A DNA stretch of 63,720 nucleotides, filler included, from Octopus bimaculoides (lineage: Eukaryota): NCBI RefSeq assembly GCF_001194135.2. It is 6 parts of 6 records of this genome, joined end to end, with 100 filler letters (N's around TTAATTAATTAA, not from the genome) between each part and the next. Parts side by side here need not be neighbours in the genome. Positions count along the whole stretch, not along the records: positions 37,882 to 59,871 come from NC_068999.1; 5 more parts are not named here. The stretch is one strand, 5' to 3'. This document shows, in pieces, positions 38,405-52,190 of this stretch (within the stretch, counting starts at the first letter, position 1; each line of letters begins with the position of its first letter). The translations under genes and the position numbers were made by a program. The notes under the pieces are model-generated. The model was given only the letters and a program-made list of their open reading frames with translations, was not told the DNA's origin and did no database searches.

Positions 38405-38467
38405 GAGCAAAGACTCAGGAACAAGTCTCTCGATGCAGGCTTACCTGGGTAGAGGTGCATATCTCCC

Positions 38468-38516
<49 letters not shown>

Positions 38517-38977
38517 CACATGCATACGTACACACATATACATATGTATCTCTCTCCCTTCTCTCATTCTCACTCTCCACGCTTCACACTCTCTTCCCTC
38601 CCTTAAACTCTCTCTCTATTCAGTTACACTTTTTCACATGCTTTTCTGCTTCCCAAATATCCCCGCTCCCACCGCCACTTTCATCTTTCCTCCCACTCTA
38701 TTGTCCGTCATCTTGCCCGTCCAGATACACTGTACGAAATGACTTTTTATGGATGACTTTCTATACACCTTTGCTATAACCTTCTATTTTTCATAGAAAC
38801 CGCTTAAACGTTAGCCACGGATATTTTATGTTTTTTTTTCCATGGACATTGCATACATTTTCTAAGTGTCTTATATTTTCAATAGTATTTTCTAAAAATG
38901 ACTTTTCTCCTTTTTTGATCTCCAGACATTTCGAAGGTTTTTATTCAGATTGTTTTTCTTTCCTCCACAGACTTTTA

Positions 38978-39243
38978 CAGTTACACCTCGACGATCACGG
39001 GTGCTACGTTCCCAAAACCCGCGCGATGAGAGAAAATCCGCGAAGTAGAAACAGTACTACACTGTATTTATTTATTATTAATATTATAATTTGTATATAT
39101 ATATATTTCATTATAAATGCAACACAACACCAAGGAAGAATCGACGTAAGCTTAAATAATAAACCGCGATAAGTGAACCACGATAAGTGAACCACGATAA
39201 GTGAACCGCAATAAGTGAGCCAAGATATGGCGAGGTATTACTG
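38978..39243. mobile_element. pogo/Tigger-like MITE with TA TSD
   Basis: TA|cagttacacctcg ... cgaggtattactg|TA, with an internal 14-bp tandem 'aacc(g/a)cgataagtg' x4. Confidence 0.85.
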
Positions 39244-39394
39244 TATATAGTTTACTATATTAGATGTAGTACTCACTACGATAAATACACCAAACAACTT
39301 CATTGAGGAACCTCTTCGGGTTTACACCTTGTACTGAATGCCCTGTGGATTTACTATACCCGAATTCCAGTTTTCCTTATTTTTCATTCTGTTA

Positions 39395-39900
39395 AGCAGG
39401 TGAATTATTCGAGGTCAGCTTTGCCTTTTATATTTTCAGACCAGATATCTACAATTCGAGCACAAAATTTCAGACCTTGTGCCTATAGCAGAACTGGCAG
39501 CATCATTAACACGCCGGACAAAATACTTAGCGGCATATCTTCCGGTTTTACATTCTAAGATCTAATCCCTTAAAGGTCGACTTTGCCTTTAATCCTTTCG
39601 GAGTTTATAAAATAAGTACTAGTCGAGCAGCAGAGTCGATGTAAATTAACAGCCGCCCTTCCTCAAAGTTTCTGGCTTTGCGCTTATAGCAGAACTAGCA
39701 ACATCATTAACACGCCGGACAAAATACTTAGCGGCATATCTTCTGGGTTTTACGTTCTAAGTTCAAATGCCGTCAAAGTCGGCTTTACCTCTAATCCTTT
39801 CGGGGTCAATAAAATAAGTACTAGTCGAGCAGTAGGGTCGATGTAAATCATCTACTGCCCTGTCTCAAAATTTCAGTCCTTACGCCCCTGGCAGAAAGGT
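39395..39900 (+). mobile_element. Tandem SINE family B copies (MetaSINE-like central domain)
   Basis: Two consecutive ~205-bp units share 'atagcagaact(g/a)gca(g/a)catcattaacacgccggacaaaatacttagcggcatatctt'. The core 'gtcgactttgcctttaatcctttcggggtc..taaaataagtac' is present; a partial third unit lies upstream. Confidence 0.8.
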
Positions 39901-40478
39901 CATTACTATCAGAAACACATATCCAAAATAACCACATTCACTTTTCCTTCTGTATGTGTGTTTGTGTGTGTGTGTATGTTTATGATCGTAATTGTACAGT
40001 TTTCGTTTCATTCTTATATTGTTTTTTTTTTCTTCTTGATGCTGTTGTTGTTCTTGTTGTTACTGTTCTTCTTTTTCTTCTTTTTCTATTTCTTCTTATT
40101 TACTTGCCCTATCTTTCTTCATTTACACTTTACGTCTTCCATTTCTTCTCCCTCGTTCAGCCATCCAATCTGCTAAAAATATAACAGAAATTAACCCGAT
40201 ACGTGATTACAGCGGAATTGTTCCAGCTTCTACCTATCATCGTTAAAGAAATCGTAGACGAGACTTCTCACCAACTCCACACTGTCCGATCCCACATAAA
40301 TGACCATACTTACTATAACACACATATACACGCATACACACACACACACACACACACTCACTCGCATATACACACAAACACACGCACATTCATGCACTCA
40401 CACACACGAACATGTATACACATGTACACATTTATACACATATATACACACACACACATACATACATACATGTATATA

Positions 40479-40519
<41 letters not shown>

Positions 40520-41471
40520 TATGTATATATACACACAAATATGATCACATTTAAATAGACACAAACAGGGAAGCAAACACTCGGCTCAGAAATACATCAG
40601 GGTGGTGTACATTATATAGACAAATATATCAACACAGTGACATTTTACAATGGCGGACAAATTTTGAAGATGGCTACCGGAAACCTTTTTGTGTCAGTTA
40701 TAGAAATAACAAACCCACACATAGAAAGATGTCGATAACAGGAACTAATTCGTACTAATGGACGAAAGAAGAGACTATTTGACACAAATGTCAACAAAAC
40801 ACGAGAAGACATCTTAAAATAACTTAACAATATAGAGCTAATTATAGCATCGACGACAGCGTCGACAGCAATATCTTTAGTAACGTAAGAAAATCATAAA
40901 CGAAAGCAAAATATGTGAGAGTAGGGAAGTATGGAAATTGTAAGTTGTGAATTAGTGAAAAAAAAATGGAGGATGTTGCAGGATATTACATGTAATGAAC
41001 GAGTTCTTCATTTCATTGTGCAAAACTAAATGAAACTCACACTAGAAGCACACTTCCATGAATGCTATTTTTGTTTCAATACATGTTTGATCATAAATAT
41101 GATATACATACCTACGTTCATATATATATATATATATNNNNNNNNNNNNNNNNNNNNNNNNNNNNNNNNNNNNNNNNNNNNNNNNNNNNNNNNNNNNNNN
41201 NNNNNNNNNNNNNNNNNNNNNNNNNNNNNNNNNNNNNNNNNNNNNNNNNNNNNNNNNNNNNNNNNNNNNNNNNNNNNNNNNNNNNNNNNNNNNNNNNNNN
41301 NNNNNNNNNNNNNNNNNNNNNNNNNNNNNNNNNNNNNNNNNNNNNNNNNNNNNNNNNNNNNNNNNNNNNNNNNNNNNNNNNNNNNNNNNNNNNNNNNNAT
41401 GTATGTATATATATATGTATATATATAAACATATATGTGTGCATATATATATATATATATACGTATATGTT

Positions 41472-41524
<53 letters not shown>

Positions 41525-42542
41525 ATGTATATATATGTATATATAAATTTCTATATAAATGAGGATAAGGTCGTTATTCTAAACGACGATCAAATCAAGT
41601 GGCAGCATGGGAAGAAAAAATCTTACAGGTTATAATTATTATTAAAATTATAAATAAGGGTATCTAAGAGATACCACCATGCTTGAAACTAAAACCCTTG
41701 ACGTCGTAAGCGACGGAGTGCCAACAACAACAACATAAAAGTTGATGGATAATTTCTTTTAGAAATTGTGTACTATCCTAGCGATGCCAATGATTTCATG
41801 CGAATATATTTAGACTGATAGAATCGTACTTTCAATTATCGCAGCAGTCCAGTCATTTTGTCACACGAACTTCATTGTATTTATTCTTTGGGGCATTCTT
41901 ATGTAGGTGTGTGTATACAGCATCGTAGAAATGTTTTCATATGTAGTAGTGTTGCAGGCTCTTGATGCGCCTATACTCACTCTATGTTCAACAGGCTATT
42001 TTTTTATATATAACGTACCTTTCTCATGTGTATGTTGCATTTTCGTTAAGCAGTAATATTTCAGTGCAATGCGATTGAAGATTAGGCTTCGGTTCAACAT
42101 TGTCTCATTCAAAATTAAATAGTTACATGAGTATGTGTATATATGTAAACAGCAGACAAAGCTGAGAGGTGCAGAACACATTAAGTTTAGCTTCAATCAT
42201 ATTTTGATATGATTGATGTGAATACGCTAAAAATTGTCTGCTAACGCAAAAGCATGTGAACCGGTTGAACAGGAATGGAGAGAACAGCTTTCAGCTTGAC
42301 CAGGTCAGAAAAAGTAATATGCGCAATATTATAAATTAGCTACTAATTGTGTACTAGAGCAATTATAAATTTCTTGCTAAAATATTATACACGCTAATCG
42401 ACTGACGAAATAGCTTCTTTAGATTGCTAAAATTAGCAGCTTAATTTCCGTCGCATCGCAAGCAACACTGAAAATCTGTAAAAGAAAAGATTACATAATA
42501 TTAATGATAATAATTGTTGCTGATATTGTTATTACTGTTAAT

Positions 42543-42565
42543 GTTGTTGCTGCTGTTGTTGTTGC

Positions 42566-42641
<76 letters not shown>
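42543..42641. repeat. (GTT)n microsatellite
   Basis: Visible directly in the sequence. Confidence 0.95.
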
Positions 42642-43329
42642 AGAGGCAATCAAAAAATGAAATAGCCTAATTGTAGCAATTTTGGAAAGAAATATGATCG
42701 GCGAAGGAACAACCTCAGAAAAGGACTATTAAAACAACAAACTTAGCACCTGAGCAACTCTGGACTCCTATAACAACTGAAGAGTTGTTAGCTCTCAGGC
42801 ACTTAGCTCTCAGGTTGAGAACCGACCGGAAGATGAAATAAAATGGAAATTAAACGAAAACTAATATGGTAATAATAATAATGAACATCCCCCCCCCCCA
42901 ACACCGGAAAAATTGAAATGAAAATTAAAAAAAATTAAATGATAGAAATATTTCATTTTTGCTAATTAAAAGAAAAGTCAATAGAAAAAAATAATAATTG
43001 GAATTTTTAGCTTCAGCAGTTTTTGTGAAGCCAGGGAAGATATTCAAGCAATTAATCAATTAAGCAAACAAACACGAAAATATGTGGCGCTTAATACTTT
43101 GGTGTTTGTATGTTGGAAAATGATGCTGGCGATGCACATCATGTCGTCGTCTGTCAAATTTGTTTGATTCTGAGATTGAGAGCTTGAGAAGACACAATGT
43201 ACATATTTATATATATTCATTTATATGTGTGTGTATTTTAAGAAATGATGATAAGCAAAAGTTGGCGTGAATAACGTATGCAGAAGGAAAATTTGTCATA
43301 ATCCATATTATTCCAGGCACCAAAGATTA

Positions 43330-43660
43330 TGAAGTAGTTGCATGCTGTCAACTTAATGTGACAGTCCCATGAAGGGAATAATACTACTGTTGGTTAGACC
43401 TAGGAAGCTGCATCGCTTCCTGTTGGTTAGACTTAGGAAGCTGCACTGCTTCCAGACTGATGACGAGCAAAGACCCAGAAACATGTCTCTGGATGCCTGC
43501 TTTGCTGGTGGAGCTGTTTGTCTCCCCCTTGTAAACATGAGGGCACAGGAAATGTGTCAAGACCGACAGGAAGCAGTACAGCTTCCTAGGTCTAACCAAC
43601 CGTAGTATTATTCCCTTCAGGGGACTGTCACATTAAGTTGACAGCATACAACTGCTTCAT
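43330..43660. mobile_element. Fold-back element with ~100-bp inverted arms enclosing a hammerhead motif (Penelope-like remnant)
   Basis: 43330-43428 is the near-perfect reverse complement of 43561-43660. The left arm has an extra 33-bp direct duplication. Confidence 0.75.
43451..43493 (+). ncRNA. Type I minimal hammerhead ribozyme motif
   Basis: tccaga-CTGATGA-cgagcaaagaccca-GAAA-catg-TC-tctgga: perfect 6-bp stem I, intact core, palindromic ACATGT stem III, GUC triplet. Stem II is imperfect. Confidence 0.75.
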
Positions 43661-43749
43661 CGTATCACTACTGCATAAATCTCTCTGAGAAATTTAGAAA
43701 TGTATTATTTCTAAACCAAAGATTATCTTTTACATGTTTTTTTAAAACT

Positions 43750-43952
43750 CATTTCAGTCATTAGACTGCAGGGATGGTGGAGCACCGCTTTGAATAATAT
43801 TGGTCGAACGAATCGACCCCTCAGTATGTTTTCTTTCGTTTTAATATTTTTTATTAATTACATAGGGCATTTATACAGAACTGGTAAGTTACGAGGATGT
43901 AAACACGCCAGCCGCGGTTGTCAAGCAGTAGTGGGAGCAAGTACAGACAGAA

Positions 43953-43986
<34 letters not shown>

Positions 43987-44235
43987 ACACACACACACAC
44001 ACACGCACACACACACACACACACACACTCCTACATACATACATACATACATACATACATACATACCTACAAACAAACATACATACATACAGTGAACTTC
44101 TTTCTGTTTCTAACCAACATATACACTCACAAGCCTTGGATTGGCTTACTGCTGTTGCTAAAGACATCTGCCCGAGATGTCACGCTGTAGGACTGAACAT
44201 TGAATCATATGGTTGTGAACGTAACTTCTCGGCTA
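43750..44235 (-). mobile_element. SINE family A (diverged)
   Basis: Reverse complement of the tail, body and head, with internal (CA)n(CATA)n. Confidence 0.8.
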
Positions 44236-45688
44236 AATGTTAGGGGTTATGTGATCATGAAAACTTTCAACTATTTATTCCTGTGTTACTAGAGCCGTGT
44301 GTGATAGTGCAGAGGCTTACTGAAACACATATAGCCTTCCATTGCATACACTGTCTATCCAGTGATTGACAATTGTTTCCAGCACCTTAATGTAGGTGAC
44401 AGAAAATTAATCAAGTGCGTCGTGACAAAAGGGATGGTCGATTTAAAAACAAATGGAGTCAGCACCCAAAGCGGTCTTGGGGATGCTAATTTTTACAAAG
44501 AAACTGTTGATAGTGAATGCGATATATCAACTTGCCCAGCGTCACCAAACTTCGAAGTCACTGTCAACTCTTTCTTTTGAAAAATCAATATTTTGTGCAT
44601 GGAGTTCAATTAATTACTACTCGGTCATTATAAGAATAGATGAGTATTAATGAAAATATATTTGCTTCGGCTATCAGAATATAAAATCGACTATAAGCCA
44701 TACTCCTAAACATTAAGAACAAAAGAATTTTAAAAAATAGCCTTTCTGCCTCGTTTAAGGAAATCAATACCTTGGGGAGTCGATTTAATTGATGATATAC
44801 ACATAATTTCCGTTATGAATGACAAAAAAAAAAATGGCCATTGTGTGTTTAAAAATAAATATATAACAAAACAAAAAAAATAAACCGTTATCGTCTACGT
44901 GAACATCATTATCATCATAATATTCATTATTGCTGCCAATCAACACCAATCATAACCAGCTTTTTTCCACTCAAGATATTTTTCAATAATCTCAGTTTCC
45001 TTCGCTCTGCAGACGACAACTAAAACCACTCCGAAAGAAAGGATGTAATATCGCCACCGCTCGTCAAACTCAGCGCGACATTTTCCGCGCTTCTTCCAAA
45101 ACGTGGTTACTTACGCCATTGTTATCGCTCTCATGTCAAATTATGCCTCGCCACTCGCCATTCCACTCTCTAAGACACACGTCTCCACGTCACACCACAT
45201 GGTACTATAATAGCAGTACACTACGCCACTCTATCCCATACCATTGTACTCCACACCAAAAATTCTATTAAGTTAATCGAAGCTTACCAAACCTTCCATT
45301 TCCGAAGTTCAAACAAGTTCATTTTTAAGTAGATGCTGTTTTTTCCTCTTTCTTCTTCTTCGTCGTTTCTAGAATATATTAATTAAAATAATTTCTGCAA
45401 TATAACACCATCACCCACATCCTTTTCTTCCTCACTCACCTATTTCTTTCTTACTCATCATTCTCTTCACCAGTATTTTTTTCTCTCCCCTCGATTATTC
45501 CATAACATCTCTCCTCCTTTTCCTCCTTGTCTCCCCCACCCCACCCCTTCGCCGTCCTCTTTGTACCTTCCTTCTTTTCTTCTTTCTTCTCTTCACCATC
45601 CTACTTCTCCATCTCCTTCCGTTCCCGCTCATCATCTTCCTTCATCATCATCGTCACAATCATCACCATCATGGTCACCATCACCACC

Positions 45689-45722
<34 letters not shown>

Positions 45723-45749
45723 TCATCACCACCACCATCTTCGCAATAA

Positions 45750-45826
45750 TAATAATAATTATAATGATAATAACAATAATAATAATGACAACAACAGCAA
45801 CAACAACAATAATAATAATAATAATG

Positions 45827-45891
<65 letters not shown>

Positions 45892-46095
45892 CCTTTCTAC
45901 TGCAGGCACAAGGCCCAAAATTTGGAAGAGGAGGATAGTCGATTACATCGACCCCGGTGTTTCACTGTTACTTAATTTATCGACCCTGAAAGGATGAAAG
46001 GCAAATACAATCTAGGCGGAATTTGAACTCAGAACGTTGAATACAGACGAAATACCTTTAAGCATTTCGCCGGCGTGCTAACGATTCTGCCAGCT
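45750..46095 (-). mobile_element. SINE family B with long (ATT)n tail
   Basis: 45893-46095 is the reverse complement of family B; (AAT)n at about 45750-45890 is its tail. Confidence 0.85.
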
Positions 46096-46137
46096 TATTG
46101 TTTTAGTAGTAATAATAATAATAATAATAATAATTAA

Positions 46138-46196
<59 letters not shown>

Positions 46197-46639
46197 ACGA
46201 TGTAGTAGTAGTAATGATGATGATGATGATGATGCTGATGATGATGGTGATGGTGGTGATGGCGGCTGCCGTGGTGGTAATCGCTATCGTCATCATCATT
46301 ACCATCATCGTCATCATCACTTCATTATCAGTGCGAAAAGCAGCATCGGCAGCGGCAGCAGCATCCGCAATACTATTTGACCTGATAGAAATAACAGACA
46401 AATCTTCTATAAACTGCCCCACCACCACCACCACTACCACCGTAAAAAAAAACAGGAAAGCAACAAAACAATAGCATCATACATTGGATATACAAGGTTC
46501 GACATACGCGTTATGTAAAAAATGTGTATTTTAATTAAATGTTACGTGGTTACATTTCGATGATGCTTCATCTGCGGTAAAACAACCGTTACACCAAGAA
46601 ACAGTATAATACAAGATCATTAACGCCTCATAAGAGTTT

Positions 46640-46835
46640 CAAGTTTTGGCACAGAGCCAGCATGTTTTGAGGGGAAGGAGTTTGTCGGTTATATCGACCT
46701 AGTATTTGACTGATATTTATTTCATCGAATACGAACGGATGAAAGTTAAATTCGACATCGGCGGAATTTGATTTCAGACTCGGTAAGACGAACGAAAGCC
46801 CACTGCGCATTTTCTCAAGCTTGCTAAGAGTTCTA
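46640..46835 (-). mobile_element. SINE family B (diverged)
   Basis: 'tttcatcga...ggatgaaag...tcgacatcggcggaatttga' is the reverse complement of the family B core. Confidence 0.7.
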
Positions 46836-47971
46836 CAAGCCCAAAAGTTATAACGGAGTAAAATATTAGAATGAATAGCAGGACCCGTGAATACTTCACG
46901 GATTTAATGGTATACATATTGAGTTACTTCTGAAAACGTTATACAAAAACCTGAAAGAGAAGCCTATGTTGTGTCAGTGTCTGAAGAGGTCGCTCATCTG
47001 TTAGTCATTGAAAAGTGAAGGAAATTGGAATACGATGATTACTTAAAGCACATCCACAATTTTATAGACTTAATACACAGCATACTTCCTCTTTCTCTCT
47101 CACCCTTTACTTTGCCTTCTTTTTCTCTCTTCTCCAGTTCTACTCCTCTTGCACCTCTCCATCCCTCCTAACCCTTCCCTCCTTCCCCCACCTTCTTCCA
47201 ACAAACTCAGGAACAAACACAGACACACAAACATATACAGACATACATATATATATATATGTATATATACATANNNNNNNNNNNNNNNNNNNNNNNNNNN
47301 NNNNNNNNNNNNNNNNNNNNNNNNNNNNNNNNNNNNNNNNNNNNNNNNNNNNNNNNNNNNNNNNNNNNNNNNNNNNNNNNNNNNNNNNNNNNNNNNNNNN
47401 NNNNNNNNNNNNNNNNNNNNNNNNNNNNNNNNNNNNNNNNNNNNNNNNNNNNNNNNNNNNNNNNNNNNNNNNNNNNNNNNNNNNNNNNNNNNNNNNNNNN
47501 NNNNNNNNNNNNNNNNNNNNNNNNNNNNNNNNNNNNNNNNNNNNNNNNNNNNNNNNNNNNNNNNNNNNNNNNNNNNNNNNNNNNNNNNNNNNNNNNNNNN
47601 NNNNNNNNNNNNNNNNNNNNNNNNNNNNNNNNNNNNNNNNNNNNNNNNNNNNNNNNNNNNNNNNNNNNNNNNNNNNNNNNNNNNNNNNNNNNNNNNNNNN
47701 NNNNNNNNNNNNNNNNNNNNNNNNNNNNNNNNNNNNNNNNNNNNNNNNNNNNNNNNNNNNNNNNNNNNNNNNNNNNNNNNNNNNNNNNNNNNNNNNNNNN
47801 NNNNNNNNNNNNNNNNNNNNNNNNNNNNNNNNNNNNNNNNNNNNNNNNNNNNNNNNNNNNNNNNNNNNNNNNNNNNNNNNNNNNNNNNNNNNNNNNNNNN
47901 NNNNNNNNNNNNNNNNNNNNNNNNNNNNNNNNNNNNNNNNNNNNNNNNNNNNNNNNNNNTATATATGTACA

Positions 47972-48206
47972 CAGTAATTCCTTGCCATATCGAGGTTCAC
48001 CTATCGCGCACTCAGGACATCGCGGTTCACCTATCCCTCAATCACTACATCGCGGATTTTTGTGGCTAATATATGTAAATTCATACGCGGACTCCTCAGT
48101 GTATCCTGGTTTCTGCAGTCGATAGATATTTAGAGCTTATTTTGATTTTAAGTATGTCTGTGGGAGGTTTTGGAACATAACACCACCGATAGTCGAGGGA
48201 TTACTG
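47972..48206. mobile_element. pogo/Tigger-like MITE, same family as 38978-39243, opposite orientation
   Basis: Ends cagtaattccttg / cgagggattactg; internal 'atcgcggttcacctat' repeats. Confidence 0.75.
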
Positions 48207-48535
48207 ATAATCGAGGATTTACACAAAGTCAATATGCGCTCGCGTGTATGTGTGTGTATGCATGTGTGTACACTCACACACACATACATATATATATATA
48301 TAAACTTAAACACACACGTATATTATATATTTCAAAATCTAAGTAATAATGAATTACTGTAAGAATATTTCATGCAGATACAAACGTGTCTGTGAGTGTA
48401 TGTGTGCACGTTTACCAATGTCTGCATATATTTGCTTTTACGTACGTAGATGAATACATATGTACACTCACGCATTTATATGCATATATTTATACATAGG
48501 TGGATGTATGTAACTGTACACATGTACATGTATGT

Positions 48536-48572
<37 letters not shown>

Positions 48573-49849
48573 NNNNNNNNNNNNNNNNNNNNNNNNNNNN
48601 NNNNNNNNNNNNNNNNNNNNNNNNNNNNNNNNNNNNNNNNNNNNNNNNNNNNNNNNNNNNNNNNNNNNNNNNNNNNNNNNNNNNNNNNNNNNNNNNNNNN
48701 NNNNNNNNNNNNNNNNNNNNNNNNNNNNNNNNNNNNNNNNNNNNNNNNNNNNNNNNNNNNNNNNNNNNNNNNNNNNNNNNNNNNNNNNNNNNNNNNNNNN
48801 NNNNNNNNNNNNNNNNNNNNNNNNNNNNNNNNNNNNNNNNNNNNNNNNNNNNNNNNNNNNNNNNNNNNNNNNNNNNNNNNNNNNNNNNNNNNNNNNNNNN
48901 NNNNNNNNNNNNNNNNNNNNNNNNNNNNNNNNNNNNNNNNNNNNNNNNNNNNNNNNNNNNNNNNNNNNNNNNNNNNNNNNNNNNNNNNNNNNNNNNNNNN
49001 NNNNNNNNNNNNNNNNNNNNNNNNNNNNNNNNNNNNNNNNNNNNNNNNNNNNNNNNNNNNNNNNNNNNNNNNNNNNNNNNNNNNNNNNNNNNNNNNNNNN
49101 NNNNNNNNNNNNNNNNNNNNNNNNNNNNNNNNNNNNNNNNNNNNNNNNNNNNNNNNNNNNNNNNNNNNNNNNNNNNNNNNNNNNNNNNNNNNNNNNNNNN
49201 NNNNNNNNNNNNNNNNNNNNNNNNNATATACGTACAAAATCCTTGCACGAAGGGAAAACTACAAAATAAAATCAAGACAAAAATAAACAAACCACCATCT
49301 TGGCTTCAGCGTGTGCTATCGATGTCAATTCTAAATCTCCGTTTCTTCTCTTTATTTTTTTTTTGTTCCGTAGTTCATTCATTTCCCTATCTTGATGTGA
49401 TGGCTTCAACGAGGAGAGAACCAAGCGCTGTGTGTGAGCAAGATATTGAAACCTTAGTATTTTCCCTCCTTTAATTGATAAAGAGTGCACTTTCAACCTT
49501 GATCCCATCGTTTATTCATCTAATTACAACTAAATTTACCTTCATATCTGTCGCTTTTGCCATATTTCATATATGAATTATTATCATTATATATATATAT
49601 ATTTATTTATTTTATTTATATCTTTATTATTTTATTAGTATTAATGTCATTATTATTGTTTGGTGGACATTTGCAGCAACGATTGTGAGTTGGATGGTTG
49701 GATGGTTGGATGGTTGGATGGTTAGATGGTTGGATGGTTAGATGGTTGGATCGTTGGCGGGAGCTCGGAACACCCAACACAATTCTTTCCGTTTCAGAAT
49801 TGTCCTCGTCGTTGTTTCTTGTTGCTGCGTATGTTTATCTATCTGCCTG

Positions 49850-50520
<671 letters not shown>

Positions 50521-51314
50521 AAGTAGAAGAAAGATGTAGAAGANNNNNNNNNNNNNNNNNNNNNNNNNNNNNNNNNNNNNNNNNNNNNNNNNNNNNNNNN
50601 NNNNNNNNNNNNNNNNNNNNNNNNNNNNNNNNNNNNNNNNNNNNNNNNNNNNNNNNNNNNNNNNNNNNNNNNNNNNNNNNNNNNNNNNNNNNNNNNNNNN
50701 NNNNNNNNNNNNNNNNNNNNNNNNNNNNNNNNNNNNNNNNNNNNNNNNNNNNNNNNNNNNNNNNNNNNNNNNNNNNNNNNNNNNNNNNNNNNNNNNNNNN
50801 NNNNNNNNNNNNNNNNNNNNNNNNNNNNNNNNNNNNNNNNNNNNNNNNNNNNNNNNNNNNNNNNNNNNNNNNNNNNNNNNNNNNNNNNNNNNNNNNNNNN
50901 NNNNNNNNNNNNNNNNNNNNNNNNNNNNNNNNNNNNNNNNNNNNNNNNNNNNNNNNNNNNNNNNNNNNNNNNNNNNNNNNNNNNNNNNNNNNNNNNNNNN
51001 NNNNNNNNNNNNNNNNNNNNNNNNNNNNNNNNNNNNNNNNNNNNNNNNNNNNNNNNNNNNNNNNNNNNNNNNNNNNNNNNNNNNNNNNNNNNNNNNNNNN
51101 NNNNNNNNNNNNNNNNNNNNNNNNNNNNNNNNNNNNNNNNNNNNNNNNNNNNNNNNNNNNNNNNNNNNNNNNNNNNNNNNNNNNNNNNNNNNNNNNNNNN
51201 NNNNNNNNNNNNNNNNNNNNNNNNNNNNNNNNNNNNNNNNNNNNNNNNNNNNNNNNNNNNNNNNNNNNNNNNNNNNNNNNNNNNNNNNNGAGAGAGAGAG
51301 AGAGAGAGAAAGAG

Positions 51315-51368
<54 letters not shown>

Positions 51369-52024
51369 ACAGAGAAAATAGAGTTAGAGAGCTAGAGAGC
51401 GAAACACAATGAGCGATAGTCAAAGAAACAGACCGAAGCACAACCCTGTATACGCGTGTCTATATGAATACATACATATCGGTATTCTTAAAATGTGTGA
51501 ATGTTTGATGTGTGCCTCTGCGCGCGCGCTGGTGCGTGCATGTGAAAGACAGCGTGTGTCCATGTGTGGTTGTCTGCGAGTAAATGTTTGTTTGAATGTG
51601 TCTTATAAATACGCATAGAAAACATAACGTCCCAGTTTCGATATCACTTCGAGGAATGTTAGGCAAATGTCATTTAATGTTGACTAGGGACGCAGTATAC
51701 TATGTTAAGGATATACGAATCTAGAATGATCCAACTCTACCAGGTCATTCAAGAGGAGGTAATTGAGGTTGTCGAACAGCTACATTATCTTCGCAAATGA
51801 TCAGTTTCGTATCATTTTCTTCATTTTCATTTGTTTTAGTCATTAGACTTCGTCTATGCTAGATCACTGTCTTGAAGAATTATAGTGGTGCGAATCGACA
51901 CCAGTACTGAGTTGTTAAACTAAGTACTATCGTCTCTATTTGCCAAACTGCAGAGTTTGTACCAGCTGAGGATTGGGATGGAAATGAAATCGACTCAACC
52001 TCTGCCATGAAATTGGTGGCCTTA

Positions 52025-52190
52025 AGGCGTTGAGCTGCCAGAATCGTTTGCACTCTGGCCAAACTGTTTGGCGGCATAACGTCTGTGTTTACGTTCAAAT
52101 GCCGCCGAGCTCCGCTTTTCCTCTTAAACTTTCGGGGTCGTTAAAATGAGTACCATTTGAGGCTTGGAGTCGATGCAATTTAAATTTCTG
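52025..52190 (+). mobile_element. SINE family B (diverged)
   Basis: 'ggcgttgagctgccagaatcgtt...ttcaaatgccgccgag...ctttcggggtcgttaaaatgagtacc'. Confidence 0.7.

Noticed and set aside
44362-44580. 72-aa non-repetitive ORF
   Set aside because: No recognisable domain, non-ATG start, no convincing splice signals.
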